DNA of 62,022 nt, filler included, from Chiloscyllium plagiosum (Eukaryota), in the NCBI RefSeq assembly GCF_004010195.1. It is 4 parts of one record of this genome, joined end to end, with 100 filler letters (N's around TTAATTAATTAA, not from the genome) between each part and the next. Parts side by side here need not be neighbours in the genome. Positions count along the whole stretch, not along the records: positions 24,287 to 48,367 come from NC_057711.1; positions 48,468 to 55,361 come from NC_057711.1; 2 more parts are not named here. The stretch is one strand, 5' to 3'. The position numbers and the translations under genes are program-made. Numbering within the stretch: position 1 is the first letter of the stretch; each line of letters opens with the position of its first letter. Of this stretch, positions 38,290-49,649 are shown piece after piece. A model generated the notes under the pieces. The model was given only the letters and a program-made list of their open reading frames with translations. It ran no database searches and was not told the origin of the DNA.

Positions 38290-39180
38290 TATCCACTTGA
38301 AAACCACACTTTCCTGTTCCTTACCTTAAAACTGTACCCCTTTCCTTATTAATCCCTCTAATACAGAGAAATGATTTTCCATAACTCCCCTGTCTATGCC
38401 GCTCAGAACTTCATACACCTCAATCATATCTCCCCCTCAACCTCCTCTCCTCTAAGGAAAACAACCCCAGCCTATCTTGTTTCTCTTCATAGCTGAATTA
38501 TTCCAGCCCAGGCAACATTCTGATTAATCTCTTCCACAACCCCTCTTGTGCAATAACATCCTTCTTATATCACGGCAATCAGAACTGCAGACAGTACTCC
38601 AGCAGTGACCTAACTAATATTTTATACAGTGCTAAGATAACCTTGTGCTGTTGTATTCAATCCCTTGACTAATAAGGGTAACAGTTGAAAATGTGTTGCT
38701 GGAAAAGCGCAGCAGGTCAGGCAGCATCCAAGGAGGGCTTATGCCCGAAGAAGGGCTTATGCCCGAAACGTCGATTCTCCTGTTCCTTGGATGCTGCCTG
38801 ACCTGCTGCGCTTTTCCAGCAACACATTTTCAGCTCTGATCTCCAGCATCTGCAGTCCTCACTTTCTCCTAATAAGGGTAACAATCCCACATGCCTTCTT
38901 AACCACCTTATCTAATTGTCCAACTGCCTTGAAGGATCTAGGGACAGGCACAGCAAAGTCCATCTGTAACTCTGTACTTTCTAGGGTTCTGTCTTGCCAG
39001 GTCAGTCTTCCCAATGTGCATCACCTCACACATTTTCAGGATTACTTGGCCATTGTTCAGTCCATCTGACCTGTCTATCCAAAAATCATTCTGTTATCTA
39101 AGGCTTTTGTCCTCGTTATTTACTATATTTTTATGGCACCTGTGAATTTTACTGATCATATCTCCTACATTCATATCCAA
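38290..39180 (-). mobile_element. Old CR1 RT fragment
   Basis: Reverse of SYEEKQDRLGLFSLEERRLRGD and EYCLQF motifs; interrupted by a Penelope derivative. Confidence 0.8.
38684..38868. mobile_element. Penelope-derived palindromic element
   Basis: Same family as 31450-31661, with a duplicated gggcttatgcccgaa core; TSD ctaataagggtaaca at 38669-38683 / 38869-38883. Confidence 0.88.
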
Positions 39181-40417
39181 ATGATGAATGTATATATGTC
39201 AGACTCAAAACATTAACTCTTTTTCTTTCTCCACAGATACTGCCAGGCTTGGTGTGTTTCTTCAGCACTTTCTGCTTCTATTTCAGATATCCAACATTCT
39301 TAGCACTTTGCTTTTATTTGGATGTTCGAATGCTGTCTATGCTGTTTATGCTTCTGATACAAAAGAAGTTACTGGGATTTTCGAAAAGTTGCAGAGAAGA
39401 TTAATTCCCAATTTAAAACATCTTGGCTACTCAATGAGCTCAGTCATCTACACTTTAAAAGTGCATATTTTCAAGGCAAGATTGATTGTGGTTTATAAAA
39501 CAATGAAGGCGTTATACTTGTTTGTATGGATGATTTATTTCAACTGAGCAGGTGAATGGGAAGTAAATATCCTGTAACATTTGACAGAACCAACGCTATC
39601 TCCTGTGTTAATTTTGATTGTCTAAGAGAACTAAAATGGAATTTGTTCCTCCAAACTGAATTGCATTTGACATTACATCCCTCTCAAAAGAACTAAGTTC
39701 ACTACCAAGGTGAGATTTTAAGCTGTGGAGAATTTGCTAAACACTTGTCTCCTGAGGTTTTACGGGCTTCATCCTCAGAGTTGGTGCGAGTGCATTAAAG
39801 ATTCCAGAGTACCACCAGTGTCTATGGAAGAGACCAAAATATATAGTTGTTGAAGATGGACAGTAGCTTATGCAGAGCCAAGTGTTAGTATAGGTCCACA
39901 CCTGAGAAGACCTGAACGCAATGTTGCTGATTCGGCTGCTCTTCAGTTAAATGTACTAAACTGTTACACCTAGAGAAAGGAATTGGTTCAGAAAAGCTAT
40001 GTAATAGGTTAGCTCAGCGTAAGGATATTTCAAATCTCCAGAACAGAGGTGCTTGGGTTATAAGTCCGAAGTGTTTATTCAAAGTTGAGAAAATTAATTG
40101 TGACAAATCAAGGAATAGGCTACAAAACGTTTAAAACTCTTCCAACCACTAACTGGGAGAAACAGCTAAATTAAACCTAAATAGAAAAATGATAGAAGTA
40201 AATTCTGTTTATGTACTGCAAACTGATGAGATTTTAGATTTGTGGTCAGATTGCACACGTCATTAATGCATGTCCCCAATCAGTGGAAGAAGAAATGCCC
40301 AAAGTCTTTGGCATTCAGCACCATGTAAAAGGTTATATTCAATCTTAAGTGACATGGTCAACTTGTAGAGAGAGGCACTGGAACATTATGCAGGTGTCTC
40401 AGAAGCCATCAGCAGTC

Positions 40418-40590
40418 TGGAGTAGAGTAGAGTAGCTTTATTTGTCTTTCTACCATATACAACCGATACAGTAAAAACGAGACAACATTCCTCCAGTACC
40501 AAGGGACAGCATTGACAGCACAAACTGCACAATCGTACATGGCATATAATGCATAAGAACTGCAAAACACACAAGTTACAGTGTAACAGA
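40418..40590 (-). mobile_element. Rex/L2-type LINE 3' tail
   Basis: Minus strand ends ...gacaaataaagctactctactctactcc (AATAAA plus a pentamer tandem tail). Confidence 0.6.
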
Positions 40591-43500
40591 GGAATGACGG
40601 ATTATATCGGGGGGATGTGACTACAGTTTTTAATGGTTGTTGGTCTCCGACTGATGCCTGTGCAGTCACCTTTGTAATCGTTTCTACGTATTTTATCGAT
40701 TGCAAAGTTGGTCATTCCCCCTGGAAATGACCTGTAAGAGGAAGCTCCAAACAGAGCAGTGGTTTTAACTTGTCTAGAGGTTATATTAGCATGGTTTTAT
40801 CACTGGTTTTATAATTGATCTTATCACTGGTTTTACCTTTGGTTTAAACCTATGCTGTATGCCACTGACAGTTTTACTATTTCCTTCTGTTGTAAGAGCA
40901 CTACTCGGATCAGGTCGGCTAATACGACCAGAGAAAAGATATGAGACGGCTGGTGACCACTCGGTCAATGATAGAAACCTAGTTTTGGCAGTGGCGATTA
41001 TGTCTAACTCCAAAATTTCCGGTTGGGTGGGAGACCGGGAAAATAACCGCCCCGCACAGTTGTTATTGGCAGCACCGTGTGCTAAGTGTGTTAGCCAAAC
41101 ATGGACTAGACAATCCATTTCACACAAACAGAGGAGACCCCAGAATTACTCTGGCAAGACTGCCCTCTGGCAGGCACGAGGAAGCCAATAAGGAAGTCCA
41201 GAGTAATCAGGACCAAATTCGAATGGAAGGACTCTTGGAGAAGGCCTCTCTAGAGTCTGGTTCGTTTAACAGCCAGACAATTTTTAATTCGAATTTTAAA
41301 GGGCCATTTGATTTTAGTCAGACTGGAGAACTAGAGAGCAACAAGGAGAGGAGCGAGAGTAGGATTTATTCATCCGGTTATTAATGAGGAAGATAAATTA
41401 GAGATAATAATAAAATACCCATTAGATAATTTTAAATGTAAATCTTGTAATAATATTTATAATACTATGGGAATGTTTAGGAAACATCTAAAATTATGTA
41501 AAGGGATTAAAGCGGTAAGAATAAAATGTAGTAAGTGTGGCTGGGAAGGCAACTATCACGCAGTCGCATGTCACTATTCTAAGTGCAATAGTAATAGTAG
41601 TAGTAACAATATTAAAGAGAGGGAAGACGAGAAATCATACCAATGTGAAATGTGCCCATTGAAATTTACAACAGCTAGAGGATTGGGACAACACGAGAGG
41701 TACGTGCATCCTAATCTGAGAAACGATAAGAGGAAAAAAGAGAATAAAGATAACTTAGAAAAAGGAGAGAAAGTAAAAGAGGTATATGGTCTAATTCTGA
41801 AATTAAAATATTACAACAATTAGAATTAGGATTTAGAGGTTGTAAAAATATCAATAAACTTATTGCGGAAAAATTGGAAACTAAAACAGCAAAACAGATT
41901 TCCGATAAAAGGAGATTGTTAAATAAAAATAGTAAAAGTTGCAATAAAGTTGCGGGCATAAGTCAGGAAGTGGTCCTTTGTAATAATAATAAAAGTGAAA
42001 GTGAGAGTAGTGATCTGGATATAGATACTGTAATAGAGGAGATAGGACTTGGTGAGTAGAGTCATCAAGGTAATAATGATATTAATAGGAGTGTAGGATA
42101 TAAAGATAGGTCACGTACAGAATTAGTAGAGATAATAGAGGATAAAATAAGTAAGAGTAAAGGTATAATGAAGGACTACGATAGTATTATGGATATGATA
42201 GTCGGTAACCTAGAGAATAATAATGAGAATAATAAGTCAAAGAAATTGAAATATGAATATCAAGTAGATACTAAGCAGAAGGATAGTAGACAAGAAGGTA
42301 AATAAAGCTAAGAGAAGATACAGTAGAAAAAAAGGAAAGTTCAAAGAAGTACAGGTTTTATATAAAACTAAAAGGCAATATTTAGCTAGAACCCTGATGG
42401 GGGCTCCAGCTAAGTGTGAATGTCCGCTTAGCAAAGAGGAATTAGAGGAATATTTTAAAGAGAGACTATCTAATTCCAACGATAAAAGTAATCTAAGAGG
42501 TTTTGCTAAATACAAAAGTCAGATTGAGGGATCAAAATGCGATATACTGACTGGTCCTATAATGGTAGAAGACGTAAATCAGGCCGTGAAGGCGATGGAG
42601 GTTAAAACCGCAGCGGGACCAGATTGGATGACCCTGAAAGAAATAATTACTATATTTAATAAAGATAATATGATCATTCCTAGAATATACACCATTTGGG
42701 TAAAAACAGGTAAAATCCCGGATAAAGTTAAAATAAGTAGAACAGTGCTGATTCCCAAAGTAAGTGATGAGGACGGATTAAAAGATATTAATAACTGGAG
42801 ACCAATCACGATAGGTCCAATTATGCTTAGGCTGTTTACAAAAATTATAGCCAATAGATTAAGTAGAGTTATAAACCTAAATAAGAGGCAAAAAGGTTTT
42901 ATGGCAGGTGTGGCAGGGTGTGAAGAAAATATTAAAATCTTGGAGAATATCATAAATGGAGCTAAGAAGAATAAAATTGATTTAGCAGTGGTATTCATAG
43001 ACCTGGCGAAAGCTTTTGATACCGTAGAACATAAACCAATAATAAGTGCTCTTAAAAGAATTCAGCTCCCCCCAACATTTATTAAATTAATTACAAATTT
43101 GTATGAAAATAATTTTACTCAAATTGAGGGTTTTAATTGTAAAACTGATAAGATTAAAATTTTAAGAGGGGTCAAACAGGGTGATGCGTTATCACCAATT
43201 ATTTTTAATATAGTTGTGGACCCCCTTATAAGCACTATTGAAGAAAGAAAAAGAGGATTATTTTTAGGACAAGATAAAGAGAGCTATCATTGTGCAACTC
43301 TAGCATTTGCCGATGATATAGCTTTAATTAGCCAATCCTACGATGGAATGGCATACAATTTAAAACTGGTTGAGAAATTTTGTAACAATACGGGGATGGA
43401 GGTCAATATAAGAAAAACGAAAGGGTTTCACTTTACTTATAAAAACAAAACATTTATGTATAATGATAAAGCAAATTGGAAGTTTAACGAGGGTAATATA

Positions 43501-45177
43501 CAATTCATAGATTCAGGAAGTACTGATAAATATTTAGAAGCAAAGATAGACCCATGGATTGGTGTAAGCCAATCGGATGGGGAAAACCAACTAGGTCTAT
43601 GGATTGAAAATCTTAAAAGATCCCTTTTAAAACCTGTTCAGAAATTGGAACTTTTAAAAATTTATTTTATCCCTAGATTATATTATTATCCAATTTTATC
43701 AGAGGTATCATTAAACTATCTTAATAAACTGGACAACATAATTAAAAATGCAAAGAAATATTACATCTCCCACAATCCATCACAGATGGGCTATTATATA
43801 CAAAGTCCCGGGATGGTGGCCTTGCGATGAATAGATTGTCAACATTTATTCCAATTGCGATTTTGAGGAAATACGAGACGCTATACAAATCCGAGGATGA
43901 AATCCTACATGCCTCGTTTTCATTCATGGGTGGTAGTATAGCCACGAAAATGCACAAGCTCAGCAAATTAAAAATATTAGAAAATATCTGGAATCCAAGT
44001 ATAAATCGACAATTGGGAGAATCTGATATTATCGAGGAAGAGAATGATGGAATAGAAGAATTTAGTAATAAGAATTATGCTAACTGGAGATCTATGGAAC
44101 TTCAGAGATGGATGGCCTTGCCCTGTCAAAGGGCTGGTACCCACTATTTTAAGAATGATTATATCTCTAATAACTGGTTGACAAAAATACAACACATGAA
44201 GATGTCCAAAGTAATAAATTCGACCTTATTACGAAAGAACCTATATCCAACATGGGCATCGCTAGCGTATGGAAGCCATTTAATATCAAGAGTTGTCGGA
44301 GATAATTCTGAAACAATTGCGCATATCTCAGGATGGTATCCCTATGTTAAGAAGATGAGGATAAAAAGACACAATAGGGTAATGGAAGAACTAACTAAGT
44401 TTATTAAGTAAAAAGGATGGATAATATACGTGGAACCACGTATTAAAGATAATACCGGAAAATTATGGATACCGGACTTAATTTTTAAAAAGGAAAATCA
44501 GATTATCGTGGTCGATGTAACAATTAGAACAGACCTACAAATTAACTCACTCGAACAGGCCTGGGAAGAAAAGAAAAACAAGTATAAACATCTGGAAAAG
44601 GAAATATTGGACCTTACAAAAGGAACAAAAATATCCTTTTATGGTTTTGTGATGGGATCCCGAGGAAAATGGTTCGAAAAGAACAATGAGTTAATGAAAG
44701 ACCTCGGGATCGAAAAATTTAAATCTTTTGCTCAGAACATCGCAAACCTTGTTTTATCTTTGATTCTCGAGCTTTTAAGGATTTTTATGGACTCTTAAGA
44801 CTCTCCAGTTGACATAATTTAATAACTTTTTAATTTTGATTGTTTTTAAATAAGGTTTTAGGTTAATTTTAATTAGTATTGATTTTAACGAGTATTTTTA
44901 AAATTTTAATGTTTTATTAATAAAAATAAGAGTATTTTAAGTCACATAGTAATTTCTGGGGGTAATCATGGTGTTAAGAATTAAAGTGCACGCGACACAC
45001 GACAGATGATGAGTGGTAAAATAATCAAACGGTTGAAAAATCCAGCTTATCCCTCGCCTTGTTGATATTCTGGTCCACATTATTTTAACCCGTTCCCTTA
45101 AGATCATCTGGCTGTGGTTAGCTAGATAGGGGTATCCATCCATCGACGAGCAACGGTAAAACTCGAAAAGGACACAA
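40591..45177 (+). mobile_element. R2 non-LTR retrotransposon (R2A clade), near full length, inactivated, not in rDNA
   Basis: Three zinc fingers, Myb, RT and RLE nuclease in order, with hairpin-rich 5' and 3' UTRs; the 5' boundary is uncertain. Confidence 0.92.
41223..44798 (+). pseudogene. R2 polyprotein ORF, disrupted by frameshifts (~41370, ~41775, ~42250, ~43755) and stops (42057, 44409); start position uncertain
   Basis: Zinc fingers CKSC..KHLKLC (from 41437), CSKC..CHYSKC and CEMC..GLGQHERYVHP; Myb WSNSEIKIL..KNINKLIAEKLETKTAKQISDKRRLL (41787-41920); RT AAGPD, WRPITIG, FIDLAKAFDTV, GVKQGDALSP, LAFADD; ETIAHISG..RIKRHN; RLE IPDLIF..VVDVTIR..KKNKY..GSRGKW. Confidence 0.93.
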
Positions 45178-47815
45178 TCTGGTGTGTCTGACTCGTATAA
45201 GTGTGGAAAGTGTGTGCACGTTCAGCTACTGACAGAGCATATTGCAGCACTGATGAAAGAACTCGGGGACCTTAGGCTCATCTGAGAGAATGAGATCTTT
45301 CTGGACAAGACCGTCAGCGAGGTTATTACACCGACCATACCAGAAGAGAGCAGAAGATGAGAAAGGCAGAGAAGAGACAGGTGCAAGAGACCCCAGGGGA
45401 AATACCTGTCAGGAACAAGTTGAATCTTTTGGAAACAGTAGAGACAGATGACACTGTCAGTCCGCGAGGCGGCCAGGTCTGTCAATCAAAGGTTGGCGTG
45501 GAGGCAGAGCGGAAGAGTCGGAAATCGCACAGAGTCGTGGTAATAGGGGACTCCATAGTGAGAGGAACTGACCGGGGATTTTGTGGCAGCAGGCGGGACT
45601 TAAGGATGGTGTGTTGCTTCCTGGTGCCAGGGTTAAAGACATCACAGACAGAGTGCAGGATATCCTCAAGGATGAAGGTGAAGAGCCAGAGGTGGTGGTA
45701 CATGTCGGCACAAATGATGTTGGGAAGAAGAGGAGGAACATACTACAGTGGGACTTCGGAGAACTAGGAAGGAGGCTGAAAAGCAGGACGTCCAAGATGG
45801 TTATCTCCGGTTTGCTTCCAGTTCCTCAGGCTGGTGAGGCCAGAAACAGGGAGATAATGGACTTGAATGTGTGGCTGGGGAACTGGTGCAGGAAGCAAGG
45901 ATTTAAATTCTTGGATCACTGGGGTATGTTTTGTGGTAAGCATAAATTATACAAGAGAGACAGTTTGCACCTTAATAGGTTGGGGACCAGCATTCAGGGT
46001 GTGGGGGAGGGGACAAACTGGAAGTTTAAGAAGGAAATTGAAGGGAAAGAGAAGTCAAGAAAGACAACTGTATCAATGAAGCAGAAGACTCAAGAAAGGA
46101 TCATGCTGTAAGGTTGAGTGAAATAGGAGTTTATGGGAAGGGTGAGGGCAGTGACAAATTAAAAATACTATACATGAATGCACGAAGCATTAGAAATAAG
46201 ATGGACGAGCTTGAGGCTCTTTTGGAAATTGGCAGATACGATATTGTGGGGATAACTGAGACGTGGCTTCAAGTGGACAGGACCTGGGAAATGAATATTC
46301 AAGGATACACATGCTATCGTAAGGACAGACTGACGGGCAGAGGGGGTGGGGTGGCCATGTTGGTAAGGGATGATATTCAGTCCCTTGCGCGGGGGGACCT
46401 AGAATCAGGGGATGTAGAGTCAGTGTGGATAGAGCTGAGAAATTCTCAGGGTAAAAACACACTCTTGAGAGTTATCTACAGGCCCCCAAACAGTAGTCTG
46501 GATGTCGGATGTGAGTTGAATCAGGAGCTGAAATAGGCCTTTCGCAAAGATGTTACTACAGTTGTTATGGGGTATTTCAACGTGCAGGGAGACTGGGAGA
46601 ATCAGGATGGTATTGGACCTCAAGAAAGAGACTTTGTGGAGTACCTCCGAGATGGATTTTTAGAACAGCTGGTGCTGGAGCCGACCAGGGAGAAGGCAAT
46701 TCTGGATCTGGTATTATGCAACGAGCCAAAATTGATCAGGGACCTCGAAGTGAAGGAGCCATTGGGAAGTAGTGACCATAATACAATAAGCTTCAATCTG
46801 CAATTAGAGAGGGAGAGGGTACAATCGGAAGTGACAATATTTCAGTTGAATAAAGGGAACTATGGAGCTATGAGGGAGATGCTGGCCAAAGTTCAATGGT
46901 GCAATATCTTAGCAGGGATGACAGTGGAGGAACAATGGCAGATATTTCTGTGTATAATGCAGAAGATACAGGATCAGTTCAATCCAAAAAGGAAGAAAGA
47001 TCCTATGAGGAGGCATGGATGGCCATGGCCGACGAGGGAAGTTAAGAAACATAGAAAATTAAAAGAGAAAAAGTATAACATAGCAAAGATAATTGGGAAA
47101 ACGGAGAACTGGGAAGCTTTTAAAGAACAACAGAGGATTACTAAGAAGGAAATATGCAGAGAAAAAATGAGGTACGAAGGTAAACTGGCCAAAAATGTAA
47201 AGGAGGATAGTGAAAGCTTTTTTAGGCATGTGAAAGGCAAAAAAATGGTGAAGACTAAAATTGGGCCCTTGAAGACAGAAACAGGAGAATATATTACGGG
47301 GAACAAAGAAATGGCAGAAGAATTGAATTGGTACTTCAGATCTGTGTTCACTGGGGAAGACACAAGCAATCTCCCTGAGGTAACAGTGGCTGAAGGACCT
47401 GAACTGAAGGGAATTTATATTACCAGGAATTGGTGTTGGAGACACTGTTAGATCCAAAGGTTGATAAGTCCCCGGGGCCTGATGGTCTGCATCCCAGGGT
47501 ACTGAAGGAGGTGGCTCGAGAAATCATGGATGCGTTGGTGATTATTTTCCAGAGTTCGATAGATTTGGGATCAGTTCCTGTGGATTGGAGGGTGGCTAAT
47601 GTTATACCACATTTTAAGAAAGGTGGGAGAGAGAAAGCAGGAAATTATAGACCAGTTAGTCTGACCTCAGTGGTGGGAAAGATGCTGGAGTCTATTATAA
47701 AGGATGAAAATACGACACATCTGGATAGCCGTAACAGGATAGGTCAGAGTCTGCATGGATTTATGAAGGGGAAATCATGCTTGACTAATCTTCTGGAATT
47801 TTTTGAGGATGTAAA
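45178..47815 (+). mobile_element. CR1 LINE, 5'-truncated within ORF1 (SGNH-esterase ORF1, then ORF2 EN and start of RT)
   Basis: GDSIVRG..PGA..HVGTND..DSLHLN; YMNARSI, GITETW, YRPP and SDHN; KSPGPDG..NYRPVSLTS..SCLTNLLEFFE. Confidence 0.95.
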
Positions 47816-48367
47816 GTAATAGGGTGGTTGTTATGGGGGACTTTAACTTTCCTGATATTGATTGGGAAAGCTATAGCTCAAGTTCGTTAGATGGGTCAGT
47901 GTTTGTCCAATGTGTGCAGGAGGGTTTCCTGACACAATATGTAGATAGGCCAACAAGAGGTGAGGCCATACTGGATTTGGTTCTGGGTAATGAACCAGGC
48001 CAGGTGTTAGAATTAGAGGTAGGTGAGCACTTTGGGGACAGTGACCACAATTCGGTGACTTTTACTCTAGTGATGGAGAGGGATAAGTGTGCACTGCAGG
48101 GCAAGAGTTATAGCTGGGGGCAGGGAAATTATGATGCGGTGAGGCATGACTTAGGATGTGTGGCTTAGAAAAGTAAGCTTCAAGGCAATGGTGAAATTGA
48201 TATGTGGAGCTTGTTCAAGGAACAACTATTGAGTGTCCTTGATAAGTATGTACCTGTCAGGCAGGGAGGAAAGGGTCGTGTGGGGGGGCCGTGGTTTAAT
48301 AAGGAATTGGAATCCCTTGTTAAACGGAAGAGGGCGGCCTATGTAAAGATGAGGCGTGAAGGTACAA
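47816..48367 (+). mobile_element. Second CR1 family, EN fragment
   Basis: VMGDFNFPDIDW..LDLVLGNEPGQV..SDHNSV. Confidence 0.92.
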
Positions 48368-48467
48368 NNNNNNNNNNNNNNNNNNNNNNNNNNNNNNNNN
48401 NNNNNNNNNNNTTAATTAATTAANNNNNNNNNNNNNNNNNNNNNNNNNNNNNNNNNNNNNNNNNNNN

Positions 48468-49640
48468 TTTATCAAAGGCTTTCTGAAAGTCCAGGTACAC
48501 TACATCCACTGGATCTCCCTTGTCCATCTTCAGAGTTACATCCTCAAAAAATTCCAGAAGATTAGTTAAGTATGATTTCCCCTTCATAAATCCATGCTGA
48601 CTCTGACCTATCCTGTTACTACTATCCAGATGTGTCGTAATTTCATCCTTTATAATAGACTCCAGCATCTTTCCCACCACTGAGGTCAGACTAACTGGTC
48701 TATAATTTCCTGTTTTCTCTCTCCCACCCAAAATTGCACCAGCAAATTTCCCACTCAGGATATTAGTACCCCTCTGGTTCAACTGAAGTCCGTCCTGTTT
48801 GTACAAGTCCCACCTTCCCCAGAATGAACCCCATTTATCCAAGAACCTGAAACTCTCCCTCCTGCACCATCCTTGCAGCCACATGTTCAGCTGATATCTC
48901 TCCCTATTCCTTGTCTTGCTATCACATGGCATGGGTAACAAACCAGAGACAATAACTCTGTTTGTTCTAGCTCTCAGCTTCCACCCTAGCTCCCTAAATC
49001 CTGCCTTACATCCCTATCTCTCTTTCTACCTATGTCGTTGGTATCTACATGGACAACGACTTGAGACTGGTCACCCTCTCCCTTCAGGATCACAAATATA
49101 CGATCCGAGACATCACAGATGCTGGCACCTGGGAGGCAACACACTAACTGCGACTCTCGTTTGTTCCCAACAAACCTTCTATCTGAGCCTCTAACTATTG
49201 AGTTCCCAGTGACTAACCCTCTCCTCCTTTCCCTCCTTCCCTTCTGTGCAACAGAAGCAGGCTCTGTGCCAGAGATCTGGGCCCCACGGCACCCTGATAA
49301 GTCGTCCCCCTCAACAGTATCCAAAACGGTATACATGTTTTTCAGGGGAACGACCACAGGGAGTCCCTCCACTGACTGATTTTTCCCCCCTTCAAACAGT
49401 CACCCAGCTTTCTTCGTGCCTAGGAGTAACTACTTCCCTGTAACTCTTATCTAACACACCCTCTGCCTCCCGAATGATCCACAGTTCATCCAGCTCCCAC
49501 TCCAGTTCCCTAACACGGTCTTGGAGGAGTGAGAGTTGGGTGCACTTCCTGCAGATGTACTTGGATGAGACACTAATGGCGTCCCTCACCTCAAACATCA
49601 TGCAGGAGGAACATTGCTCTCCCTGCACGGCCATCCCTGC
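48468..49640 (-). mobile_element. CR1 ORF1 (zinc finger and esterase) joined at ~48727 to an RT fragment
   Basis: MAVQGEQCSSCMMFE..CRKC; GNSIVRG..CLPGA; then GGREKTGNYRPVS..DFQKAFDK. Confidence 0.9.
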
Positions 49641-49649
49641 TAGTCCCCT

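Noticed and set aside
40416..45182. TCTGG at 40416-40420 and 45178-45182 as an R2 TSD
   Set aside because: Only 5 bp, and the right copy is explained by CR1 sequence.
45520..45985. SGNH esterase domain as a captured host gene
   Set aside because: It is an established component of ORF1 in many CR1-clade LINEs.
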